Assembly: GCA_000320545.1 (NCBI GenBank)
Contig: ADNK01000003.1
Span: 1 to 34,493 of the forward strand
Direction: 5' to 3'
Length of the DNA stretch: 34,493 nucleotides
Origin: Bigelowiella natans CCMP2755
Taxonomy: Eukaryota > Protista > Cercozoa
In this document: piece by piece, positions 12,530-24,602 of the stretch
How the letters are laid out: the number at the start of each line of letters is the position of its first letter
How positions within the stretch are numbered: position 1 is the first letter of the stretch
Made by a program: the position numbers and the translations under genes
The notes under the pieces: generated by a model
Database searches by the model: none
What the model saw: the letters and a program-made list of their open reading frames with translations, nothing else
Told to the model about the DNA's origin: nothing

Positions 12530-14416
12530 AAGAATTCTTTGGCGCGTGAAAACGTTCAAAATATCCCCAGTTTCCAAGCCTCCGTTGCAGGTGCCGCCAA
12601 CAACGCAAAATGTGCGAGATTCACTTGTCTGAGATGATGAATGAACTTAATTCTTGTGATTAGTGTAAATTTTACCATAATAAGTCATTGCGACTGCAGG
12701 AGACTGCGATTATGATGGTAATAGGTGAGGAGGAGAAGTTGTTTTGCTCTTTATATTACCATACTGGCTTGGATTAGAACATTCAGAGGGTGGGTAGGAT
12801 TTATGCGAAGCATTTTGTCGAGCCTATATATAAGATAAAACAATAATAAACCACATTGCTCAAAATACAACTTTTGAGATGGCGATGTTAACGAAGCGTA
12901 CAGGCATCTTATAAACTCTAGCATTACGATATGGTGCCGATCTTCTTCGATAAAAATTCTTTCAGACTGAGGCCAGAAGTTATGAGGGCGCTGATTAAAC
13001 ACTGCCATGTGGCAACCCCGGAGAACCTAGTCCATATCATTTTGATGATTAGTAGATGAAAAAACAAAAGAATAATAGCGGGGAAGACTAGACTTGTTGC
13101 CTCTAGTTGCTTTAGGAGTTATTAAATTTTACGTTTCTGTTTTTGAGTTCCAGACTGGAGCAGCACAATTTTGCTGCATTTCACTGACAAGCGCGTCAAT
13201 AACCTGGGTTTCATAGCGCATGCAAAAACCTCATCGGTACTATTACTACTGCTACTACTACTACTAATAATAATAATAATACGACTGGAGGTACTATTGC
13301 AATCAAATGACCACCTAGCTAGTTACTCAGGTGTTACCATCATAATACCTGCTGTATGCTAAGCTCGCTATCAAGAACTACGACACGTGTCGTTTCGGGG
13401 ACAAGTTGCCATACCTTTGTACCCTACGTCATCGTATAGTTTAATAATAATTATATGATAATGAACAGCGGAAACCTTATGTAATTCACCAGCCATTATC
13501 AGGTTGTGTTAATGATATTGAGATCATCAAACATAGTCGTTACCATCAGCATCATTATCATCATCATCAGCAGCAGCCTTAAGTACCCTCAAGAACTCAT
13601 TCGCAGCCTCCTGGAAGACTAGTATACGATCGTCTTCAGACCAACGGGTGCTATTGGATTGCCTGCTTTTACGCTGAGACTGAGAATAATAAAAGCATAT
13701 CAGAATAAAAGGATGCAAAACATCGACAAGAAAGGAATAGTTAAATCACTTTTCTCCGATGTTCATCTTCCGCTTCATCCCATCTTCGCCCAAGCTTTTT
13801 CTTTAAACGTTGATATACGTTATTGAGACGTGCAGCATTGGCGCGCTTCTTCATTGGTTGTTCTGTCTGAAATATGAGTATAACATGATTTCAATATGAC
13901 GGATTGAGGAAATGTTCTGTGATAAATCTATGTGTAGTTGCTATCAGGAATGGACTTGCCATCTGTGCTATGAGTATGATATTTTCGCCCCATTTTTACA
14001 CTTTTCACTACTGTCACACACTTTGAAACTAGGAATATCGGCGAGGGGTACTAGCTCGTGTTGAATACCGGAAAAGGTGTGTAGGCGTGGAAACGTGAGT
14101 CTAACGATTGTAAATGTGAAGGTTTCTCTTCTTGTCGGGATGCAACACCTCCTAATCTTTCCTCATACCCCTGAGAGTTGGATAAAAATTCAAAAGGGTC
14201 TTGTGAGTAAAAACATCTTCGAGAGTTTTGCTGTATTTTTTCTACACAGTTTCCATGAGACTATGAGTGTCATCATCAGTGTTTGATTTCACATAAATTG
14301 TACAGAGAAATGAAAAGAGATGGCATATCCAAAGCATAGATAGTCTTGAGTTCTATCACCGTGTTGCTGTTTGGTTTGTCTTCGTCGGGGTGTTGCCGCT
14401 TGGGCCTATCCTCCAT
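11010..14416 (-). CDS. AMPK gamma / SNF4-like CBS-domain protein (multi-exon; 5' end uncertain)
   Basis: The spliced peptide EFLRGTKVWQLVPETTRVVVLDSELSIQQVIDALVSEMQQNCAAPVWNSKTETFSGVAT resembles AMPK-gamma CBS1 (CYDLIPTSSKLVVFDT...AAPLWDS...FVGMLT). GDILNVFTRQRILRFL resembles the CBS2 end (ILTHKRILKFL). LGRVVVVDKEGRAIEMYSRSDI resembles CBS3. Stop TGA at 11010-11012. Confidence 0.8.
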
Positions 14417-15122
14417 TGCAACTCTATTTTATTCCTGAGCTAAAATCGAGACAAATTGAGAAATATCAGGTGAAGTACATCATGCGACACAATTTCATCC
14501 GTTCAAAAAAGAGAAAAATGGGGCGACTCCTTTTTGAGCTCAGGCAACATTTATTTTTGAGGCAAGAAAGAGGTGTTCATGGTGCGGGTGTTACATTGCT
14601 GTTCTATATGGAGGTGAAAGTGATTGTGCGACATATATCCGATGGGAAAAGACTATGAACTATCTCCTTCGTTGGTTAGTTATTTTTTGTTCGCATCCTT
14701 GACTTCCTTTAAATTTGAAAATTGATTATTGTATCCTTGTTAGGATATTTTGCCATATATTTATTACCTTGTTCTTGTGTTGTTGCTATTGTTGTTGCTG
14801 TTGTTGTTGCTATTGTTATTGACTTCTTCCTCCTCCTTCTGTTACAGTTTTTGGGTTCAACTTTCCTACACCTCCGATAGTTGATAGGGGGATACATAGA
14901 TCATAAGTACAGCACGAGGAGGAATAGCAACTAGTGTGGAATCATAAATAAACAAAAAAAGTACTTACTAATGGCTCCGATCGAGAGGAGGACCGTAGAT
15001 ACAACTTGAAGAACTAAGAATCTAGATCTAGGTTCTCTCAGAGCAGCAGGAATCTCTTGTCAGTCGGCACTGATTGAAAGAAGAATAGAGAGTAGAAAAT
15101 CGAAGACAGATATCTGTGCACC

Positions 15123-17929
15123 ATGACAAGTACTTTGTGGTTTTTTGCCGAGGGCAACAAGCAGCGTGGTCCTGTGTCCGTTGAAGTAATAAGAGAGCGT
15201 TATGTTGCGAAAGCGGTAACGCTCGATACTCTTGTTTGGCGGGATGGGTTGGACAACTGGAAGAAACTGAAGGTGTTGAATTTATCACAGTGATAACAGT
15301 AGGTGTGTACTTGAAAGTCAATTTGCAATTCTTAGGATACAGAGTTGCATAAAGAAATGTGTAGTGTTGGAAATCAAGAAGGTACAACAAAAACTTCTTT
15401 CAGTTCAGACAATATATCGTTGTAATAAATTCACAAATTAAGGTGTGGAGCTCAAGAAGGGCAGCTCATCATCTAAAGAACTGAAATTAAGAGAGAGTCT
15501 CTCTTCTCATATCGAAGGCACTTCAAGCTCCAAACATAAACTATATGGCTCCTCGAGATCGGTACCGATATTAGATGAATACTTTTTATCATGAGTGAAA
15601 TTCGGGTAATTTCAGAGAAGGAAGAACCTACCTTTAATTGGGACCAGAGATAGTGTAACTGAAGATGAATCCAGAAATGACATTGCATCAAGACTTTCTT
15701 CTATCTTAGAAGATTCGTCAACCTCTAAAACTAGACAGAGAAGAAAAGCTGTAAATATCAAGAATCATGCAATTGCGCCTCCTCCACCCCCTTCAATACT
15801 TTCTTGCTTCGTCAAGGTCAGTAGCAACTTTTCAAATAAAATTGTTGCTGAATTTTACTCAAGATTTCTTCATATAAGGGTAAGGGCTTGAAAGAGGCAA
15901 TAGAAAAAGCCTCGGAGTACGAAATTTGTCTATTTCTTCCGTGTCTCTGCTTGGCAATAGAGGCAACTCCGATATGGTAATGCAAGAATTTAAGTTTAAG
16001 CTCTACTCACGCTCCATTTCTGATTGAAAAGCATTTGCAGTAATTCATTGAATGATAATACTTGCAGGCACAGAAACTCGCAGGACTCAGCGTTGTCAGC
16101 TCTCGAAAAGGTCTTCAACCAATTTCGTGATCCCCGTGTACTGTTCTTTTTAACCATACTTCCACAAATTTTCCAGCGTGTAGCCCAAAGTCCTCGCATT
16201 GCCCAGTCTATGGTGCTAATTCTGTATTCCGGATCAGTAAAGGTAACTAATTCGTGTGTTGTCATACGTTTTAATATTCAAACATATCTTTTATCTGCCA
16301 GAATCCGGAGACATTCAAGAACGTCAGCAGCGCACTTGAAAACTCAAAAAGATTAGGTTTTCTCAAATGGGACGCCTTCCCACTGAACCAATTTGTTCAT
16401 AAGCAGAATCGACGTAAAGTCAAGAAAGGGGTAGTGATATGAATCCACTACATGACTTTTGCATATTATAAAATTATTTGTATCCAATTCACATTTTGTT
16501 CTCAGTACATTCTCGAAGCTGAACACCGAGTCTTTCACCCCTTCCAGCCAAACGTGGTGATTGCCAAATCTCATGTAGAAACAGTTTTCAAGACGAACTC
16601 TAAGCCAGTCCTTCTCTCAGTTCTGGCAGGTTAGTAAGCCAAACTGCTCATATTATGTAGTAATGATGTGATGTTATACATTTGTTTTTCAGAGGGAAAA
16701 AGCAGGAGGCCTCCGATAAAGATTATCATGAAACAAGGGGACGATTTTCGTCAAGATGTGGCATGTGAGAAACATCCAAAACACCCACACTGCGATGTTG
16801 GTTGTTACGAAGATACTGGATAACACACACACCGTATACCATATATTGACAGGTATGCTAGTTTTCCGCTTATTCAATCACATTTGGCGTGAATCTGGAA
16901 TAAAGCACGGAAATGTACCGGTCCGATGCCATGAATACTACACCGTCGCTACCGGTACTAAAAAGGAAAGACTTGTACCAACAAATAGCCGATGATTCGA
17001 TCATTTCTCTACAGGTATTAACGTGGGTGCAATTGAATACGTTGAGAACTGCATACCCTTAGCAGAAATTCAGAAAATGGGATCTTTTTCAAGCGACAAG
17101 GTCACCAAGGAGGTTTCGGTTGGCACATCAAAGACGTGTGCTCTAAAACGAATTTTCTTTCTTTCTCGCAGATCGAGCGTTTAATTTCAACTGGGGCTGG
17201 CAGCTATATTGCTGCATTTCTTCTTGGAGTGCGCGATCGTCATGATGAAAACATTATGATTCGTCAGGATGGGGTATTAACTCGATTTGTTATTTCAATT
17301 TCATTTCTGTCTGTTGATTGGTGTTTCCCCATTCTGTTCAGACGATGTTCCATATCGATTTCGGACGTGCTTTTGGAGATGCTGTCTTGATGGATGCGTC
17401 TTCTTTTGCAATAACCAAGGGATTCAGAGATGCCATAGGAGTTGAGAATTACAACTCACATTTCGTCGGTTGTTGTTTGAAAGCTTTCAGAACTCTTCGA
17501 CAGCCAAAGAATGTGGATCTCCTTAGAGGCATGGTCCCCACGGTGAGAGGGAATTTCGTTTGTTCAGAAGAATTGCTTTAACTCTGTGTATCATTCAGAT
17601 GTTCTCTGCAATACACAATGCAGACAAGATAGTAAACTTCCTTGAAAGGTTAAATCCAATTTGAGTCAATGTGTTCGTTAAATTTATTCATTCATGTTAT
17701 TGCTCTAGAACTCTGATGTTGAAAAAAGATCTGGAAAGTGCGACTATGAAGTTCAAGAAAAAAATTGAAAGGTGAAGGCAGATGGAATGATTGTCAATTG
17801 CTTAAGTCTAGATCAACAGCACGTGATCACTCATTTGTTTTTTGCAACAGTGCTCCCGATTCATATAGAACACGGTTCAAGAACACAATGCACAAGCTAG
17901 CACAAGCAACAAAAGGAGCTGACAATTGA
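15123..17929 (+). CDS. Phosphatidylinositol 3-/4-kinase family protein with N-terminal GYF_2 domain (multi-exon)
   Basis: Exon 1 MTSTLWFFAEGNKQRGPVSVEVIRERYVAKAVTLDTLVWRDGLDNWKKLK fits the GYF_2 pattern (W..GP....LVW..G...W). EICLFLPCLCLAI looks like a helical-domain remnant. Kinase motifs: FKTNSKP, IIMKQGDDFRQD, GAIEYV, YIAAFLLGVRDRHDENIMI, MFHIDFG. C-terminus RFKNTMHKLAQ..., stop at 17927-17929. Confidence 0.9.
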
Positions 17930-18451
17930 TGGTGGCTGCACGTAGACAGAACAAAATGATGGATGTGCTAACTAGGATGCACTGCATGTGCATGTCTGAC
18001 GATGTGTGCACCTGCTAGCCTGTCATCGCTGCATCTGCATCATGATGCACGTGTCGTCACTGTGCACTGCAATTCCAGCTCAAAAGCGGGCACCCCGCGT
18101 GGACACCGCCGCTAGATCGTGCATGCAGTTCAACTAGAAATTCCTATCGGTGCATGCAGAAATCGCAGTTGTCGTGCGTGCGCACACGCGATGCCGCATC
18201 AGCGTATGCATCGCACTGCGCACGCCATGCGCCGCGCATGAGCGAGCGCCATGCACCAAAACCCGTGCGTGCGGTGCGGTGCGGCGTGCAAACGTCTGGG
18301 ACGTTGAAAACACGCAGCACAACTGCATGCACATGCTGGCATGTGGAATGATTTTCACAAACGACCAGACGAGCTGCTAGCATTGCTGCGATGCCATTGA
18401 ATCGCACCCCATGCATGCTCATCCAAAGTGTGCACGATGCGAGCGGCCTTG

Positions 18452-18487
<36 letters not shown>

Positions 18488-18551
18488 GTGTGTGTGTGTG
18501 TGCCGTTTGACACAACGGTCGCGTGCATGACCATGGCCTGCGGGCGCGGGA

Positions 18552-20145
18552 ATGAACGAACAACAAATGAAGTGTTTCCAATCTGAAAGGAGATTGGAAG
18601 TTCTCAGGACGTGTCACGCCTTACCCAATCAACAGGACCACAAAAGAAAAATTGGAGATTCGAATCACAACCGCCGGCCTGTTGTCGCCGGTGCGAGCAC
18701 CAGGAAAGATGAGCTCACTCACGACGACGACGACGACGACGAAGAAGAAGAAGAAGAAGAAGAAGAAGAAAAAGAAGAAAGAGAAGAAGAAAAAGAAGAG
18801 GAGGAGAAGAAGAAGCGTGCGAATGCTAGAGGAGAGGGGAAGGCTTCTTTCTCCTGGAATTTCTTCTTGAACGAATGAAGTTACCGCAATCGACAACCAT
18901 CTGTGCGACGACGCGTGGAAAATGGTTGTGTTTATAGCATGTCGCATGGTGAAAATCGCACATGTTTCTGCTACGAATGAACGAAAGAATTCAACTCACT
19001 ACTCTACGAGCCGAACGCCGCCCGTGGATAGCTTGTGAGAAGATTGCGGTAAAGCTTTTCCTTCTTTGGATAGCGGAAGCTGCCCCCCAGGCATCCATGT
19101 GATAGGCTATCCTTGAGCAGGAATTTAGCTAGAGGAAGTATGAGTTTCGGAGCTGAAACGAACCCTATTTTGAGCTTTCTTTCAGTGGTCGTAATGTGCT
19201 CATTCGGCTCCTCACAGTCACTTATGGCTTCCAACAATGTCGTCCCAGACACATTTCCGTCACATCATAGCTCCGTGTTACTGAGAATGATATCACAGCA
19301 AGTTTCTACCCTTCGTGGAGGTAACTGAGAGAGATTTCCACATCGTCATGTTCGATCATCATCGGTGTTAATGTAGGAAGTCAAAGGTATGCAACAGTGC
19401 AACAATCGATCGAAGATGACTTCGAGCAGAATGAGAACGAGGAAGATGTGCTAGCCCTGATACTCCCAATGCCTGACGGATATGGTAATTGAGACTAGAT
19501 TTTCTCCCTCATTAGGATACTACTTACTATTAGCATCATCCGCTTTTACAATTAGATCCCAAGACTGGTCAACCTGTGTACACAAGAGATCCTGGTTGTT
19601 GGCCGATATTCATAGTAAGTTATCTGTAATGTAGCTATTACAGTGGAAAGATACAAATAAATTTCTGCATCACTTGTCAGGAGAACATGAAGTTCTACAC
19701 AAGTGATCTGACATTAGTAAACTTGCTGTCCGATGCGGGCGTCGTCCTTGAAATAAAGTTCATTGAAGATCCCAGGGGCGGGATGTCGTTTGGAAAGTGA
19801 TTCATAATTTTTAAAAAAAGGAAAAATACATAGTCAATCTCAATTGCAATGGTCACGCAGGGCGATCGTCTGGTTTCGGACGATTGGAGAACGAGAGAAG
19901 GCGCTGAAGTTCGATGGTACAATTTTGGATGGTAATCCAATAAGTGTATGCAGACCTACTGCTCAATCGTGGTAATAATCATCGAAGTCTTAACAGATGG
20001 AATTTTCATTCTAAAATCGTATATTCAAGCCAGTATAAAACTATAACGAATATTTTTAGGTCGAGAATGTGCGGTTATTGATAATAATGCCACCTTCAAC
20101 TTCGTGAAACAGAAATTTTATGTTTCCCGTCGCAATTTCCAATAA
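18552..20145 (+). CDS. RRM-containing protein (CPSF6/CFIm68-like RRM) with acidic low-complexity N-terminus; linkage of 5' exons uncertain
   Basis: Exons at 19556-20145 splice to PIFIENMKFYTSDLTLVNLLSDAGVVLEIKFIEDPRGGMSFGKAIVWFRTIGEREKALKFDDLLLNRGRECAV, which has an RNP2/RNP1 layout. LEIKF and TSD recall the CPSF6 RRM (YIGNLTWWTTD...ILEIKFFE...SKGFALV). Stop at 20143-20145. The upstream ORF at 18552 has a D/E-rich tract. Confidence 0.65.
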
Positions 20146-20248
20146 ATTCAGAACAAATGGTTAGTAGGCAGAAACTAATTTCGACGTGCAATGCACACAT
20201 GTTGGATTCGCATGCTAGCATGGCCCAGCCTAGCTGCTAAGCTACTAA

Positions 20249-20250
<2 letters not shown>

Positions 20251-20285
<35 letters not shown>

Positions 20286-20375
20286 CTATGCATATAAACA
20301 CTAATGCATATGAGACGGATGTAATGAAATGTTTAAATTTTTTCAATTGTCATCCTAATGTAGCTGTACAATGCA

Positions 20376-20446
<71 letters not shown>
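20251..20446. repeat. Compound microsatellite: (CA)n ... (TA)n(TG)n
   Basis: Seen directly; it flanks dispersed repeat copy A on both sides. Confidence 0.95.
20311..20378 (+). repeat. Dispersed 68-bp repeat, copy A
   Basis: Ungapped 55/68 identity (manual count) to 26988-27055. Confidence 0.8.
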
Positions 20447-20450
<4 letters not shown>

Positions 20451-20918
20451 CATCGTGTGAGTGAGCGAGTGTAAGTACCGCGTCAAGTGCGAATGAATAG
20501 CGGCGTGCATTGCTGCAGCGTACATGTTCTATCTAGCTTTGCTTGGCGTGTCGATTGCATCTCCGATCGATGTGGCACATACTGGCTAGTAGCTAGCTGG
20601 TGCAACTACGTACAAAACGCTGGAACGACTAATTTCTGCGTTGTGCGCTGTCTCATGTGATGGGGCTATGCGAGCGATGTTTGCCGAAGCCAGTGCCATG
20701 CGATGCACGCACGGGCTTGTGCATGAGGATAACAAATGCAAAAGATTGCGATTTAATAATCACTTCCCTTGCCATCCGTCGATCTCTAGTACACTAGATG
20801 TCATGTATGCAATGACTGGCACTAGTTTGACGCTCATCTGCGGCAATCGTGGCCATTTGTTTGCGCATAACAAATATGATCGATGCCCAGGCTTCAGGTA
20901 AAAATCATCAAACAGAAC

Positions 20919-22256
20919 TTAGTCATTGCAGAGCTCAGATTTTCTGCCTCTACGCATCTTTATCGATTTTACTACTAAAGATTCGATCTGTTCGATTGGA
21001 CTATGCTCCTTTGAGCGTTTGCATCCATATTCCTGAAAATTTTCCACTGTAAGCCACTCCCTGTAGGGTATTTCTGGAAATAATACAGAAGAATAATATG
21101 ATAAGTACGATAATTGCATATAATTCTATTCTCAAGAAAATGCCCATAATTTGCCATCCAATGTTATAATAGACTTCAAAAATCCTGATAAGGAGGATGA
21201 TAGAACAAATAATTACTTTTGCTGCAGGAGAGCTCCTTGTCACTATTGCTGCACAACGTTTGATATAGCAGCGCTGATTCTGCTTCTAAATGCGGGCGTT
21301 GATATTTTATTCCGAAAATAGAGTCAAATCCAGTGTGTTGGTGCTTCTGGGTTTCCTTCTTATATCCATGGACGATGTCATAGAGGTTTTGTGGTCCTGA
21401 TGATGAAATAATCAATTCTCCTTGGTGCTGTGATGATGTAGGAGAAGCAACGGCTAGCAATATTTATTTATTCTTGTAAGGAAACCTTTATGCACACACA
21501 CACACACACACACACACATGTTTGGATAATGGTGGAGAAGAGTAACAAACCTATTATGCAGCAATGATCTCCTGGCTCGTAGTCTCGATACCGAGCGATC
21601 ACAGGAGGTACAAAAGACGAACGCATTACCTGATTTTAGCAATCCTCGTCAACGTTGTTCTCACAAAATTGAAATGGCGCAGACATCTCAGCGTTATAAA
21701 CAACTCTTAGGAAAGATGTGACCTCATCCTTTTCATGTTTGAGGAGGTAGCATGGAATCCAGATCTCACCGGTGAAATAGTTTACCTTAAAAGGAGTGTA
21801 GCAGCAACGACAACGACAACATAGAGGAACATATATTAATACCACTTTCGAATCTTCTCTTCAAAAAATGTAGGAGATGAGTCGCAGATATGTCTATGAC
21901 GTTGATTTTTCCAAAGAAAAGTATCTGATGAGATAATCCTTCCATTCTCCGCCCCCTCCCTCTACAGCCAACGTACATCGGGAAGAATCTTCCTGAGGCC
22001 CGCCTCATCGATGAGGTCCTTCAGCCTTTGTACGATATCGACAGGGTAAAAACTGCCCTCCAGTTGGTAGTGGTTGATAAATCTGGACGAGAGGGTATGA
22101 GATTGGTTTGCAATGTAGCGAGCACAGTACTATGTTAGTACTACGGATTCGTGGTGAGGTAGAAAAGCATATTATCGTGCTGCTTCCTATTCAGATGATA
22201 CCTTGCTTCCGGGTTGGCTTGCTGGTACCACAATCCCGAGCTTTAGAAGCATACGA

Positions 22257-22303
<47 letters not shown>

Positions 22304-23980
22304 GGGGAGGGGGGGGGGGGGGAGGGATGGAAGGAATACTAAGATCAGAAATATTAGTAATATAAACGCAGAAGTGGAAGGGAAAGTAAAGATGGTCTCA
22401 TTCGAACCAATTCTCCGAGGTTTTTTGGCGAGTCAAATTTATGATGTAGTTTTCAACAATTAGTCACTGGTACAACGTTTGGTATTGATGAGGATTTCAA
22501 TAACTAGCTTTCTATTTTACCTCCCAAGCCTCTGATAAACGTCTGTACCCATGATTCGCTGCTTGTAGTATCGATCTTTGTGCTGGACCACCTCTCCGGT
22601 GATCCTGGTAAGATTGCCTTGTACGAACGAAATAGACACCACGCGATAACACGATCACAAATAGCAGAAAGGTCATTAGTGGCCATTAAGCAGCACCCTT
22701 TTCTTATCGATGTGGGCAGAAATTGCATCATTTCATCTTCAAATTTTGCTAAAAATCATGGGGAGAGGAGGACCTTCTCGCAAGTTAGTTTTGTGCTCCG
22801 CGCGCCAGGTGTCAAGATCATACTCCCTTTTTTCATAATATACATTTAATTCTATGCCACCCCTCCCCATTGGTTGGTACAAATACAAGCTTATGTGGAT
22901 CCTACTACGTGCGTGTCTGTGTTGGATAACAACTTCATTTACTACAGTTGTATACAATCATAACCATGTACCTATTTGCTGAAAAGCCAATCGAGAACGA
23001 CATGCGGTGTTCTCTAATCCATTTCTAAGTCAAAGACGCAGGTCAATAAGACAACTTCTGTGGTTATTCCCTTGGCTCCTTCTTAAAATCTCTTACCTCT
23101 ACACCATGCCGATGGAATACACAGTCATCTGAGAGAAAGACAAAGAAGCCGAATTCCCCAAGAACTTGCTGGAAAATATCAACAACAACTTCAGGCCATA
23201 ATGGATCATCACAACTCCTTCGCTGAAACATAAAGGGTGACTTCCACCTTCGCGTGTTCAAAATTAAGCAGGTGAGTGTGCAAAACTTTTCCAGTAAATC
23301 CGCGCACGGGATAGTGTATTGGATTGATTTTGAGTCGGGATCTCCGAGAGGAGTTCTGCGCAACAATCCAGGCCCAATCTGCATCTGAGGGTTATATATA
23401 GTTATGATCTCCACATAGTGTTTGGTCATGTTTGACCATGCTATATATAAACGATATGTTGAGGTAAGCAACCATCTTTAGCGCTGTTTAATGCGGGCGG
23501 GGTGGAAATATGAGCCAGGACCATCGTGGACTCCTCGGTAAAAGCCAGAGCATTCTAGATCATCAATCCAACATAATTTTAGTCGTGGCTGCTCATTAAG
23601 CAGTGTGTGAAATGATATTTTACCTCGATAACCATGCGAAGACGCATTGGAGGTCCGTGTAACAGGTATGACATCACGACTGTATCGATCGTCTCCTCGA
23701 CATTTGCTTCACCGGAAGCTGTGGTATTCAAGTTATTCGTTCCGGGCAACTCCTGATCGCCTCTCATATTGATCTCCACAAGCGAGACATAAGTAGAGTT
23801 AGCTCCCACAAGTAATTGGGAACCTTGCATGAGCACCATCATGGCCAGAATGCACCCAAAAATAATTAGGCACGCAGTCGAGCGTTGCTTTTGGCACCAT
23901 TCGATGGCCAAGTCAACCTTACGCGAGATGGTAAAGCAGGGTTCGGAACGAGAGCCTTTCTGTTTACATCGCTCTTTCAT
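20919..23980 (-). CDS. Type II membrane protein of unknown function, possibly glycosyltransferase-like (multi-exon)
   Basis: Short basic N-terminus, one hydrophobic segment (TACLIIFGCILAMMVLM) and a stem with N-x-S/T sequons. Later exons: MSYLLHGPPMRLRMVIE|NALAFTEESTMVLAHIS, NHYQLEGSFYPVDIV, FDSIFGIKYQRP. The last exon ends ...SELCND* at 20919. Confidence 0.6.
22261..22322. repeat. (GA)n plus poly-G intronic repeat
   Basis: Seen directly. Confidence 0.9.
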
Positions 23981-24602
23981 GCGATTTTGTCTTTATGTGC
24001 AATTTACTCTAGGATAATTTAGGAGGGGAAAATGCCACCCCAAGCTTTTCGATAGATTGCTTCCACCATGTCCAAGGGTGTGATCCATGACATCAAAAAA
24101 ATGATTGGGCCATTGAACGAGGCTGGACTCCGCTTTTGCTGACTCGTGCTGGAAGAGGAAGCTCACGTGATCATTCGGGCCACAGGAGAGCAAAATGACG
24201 ATTAAAGTCACTTCTGTAAGATAAAAATTTCAGCCGTAATCATCAAAATAAAATTTAGGAAGAGAGATGATTATTATTGCAACTTTTTATTCCTCGAGAG
24301 GCCGAAGTTCTCGGCCTAGTAGGAATGATGCGTTATAATAAAAGCAGAAAAGGAGGCGAAAAGACGTACACCACACAGCGGCAACACATGTAGCAACACA
24401 ATTTCTTACCTATGAAGAACACATTGCTTTTTTGACTAAATGAAAAATATCAGAAAGTTATGTCGCAAAGAATGATATTCTGTGGTTTTTTGGTTTATTT
24501 CCCAACCACACCGGTAATGACCGGTAATCAATACACAGAGATAAATAATCCCTCTGATCATTCATCAACTTCATCTAGCCCCCTCGAAGGGAGGTCAACA
24601 TC

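Noticed and set aside
13867-13959. Possible GC-AG intron (G|GCAAGT) in the CBS gene
   Set aside because: I could not keep an open frame through it, and a GT donor further upstream gives an in-frame alternative.
18134-18617. Overlapping Cys/His/Arg-rich ORFs on both strands
   Set aside because: Artefacts of TGCA/CA-repeat composition that lacks stop codons.
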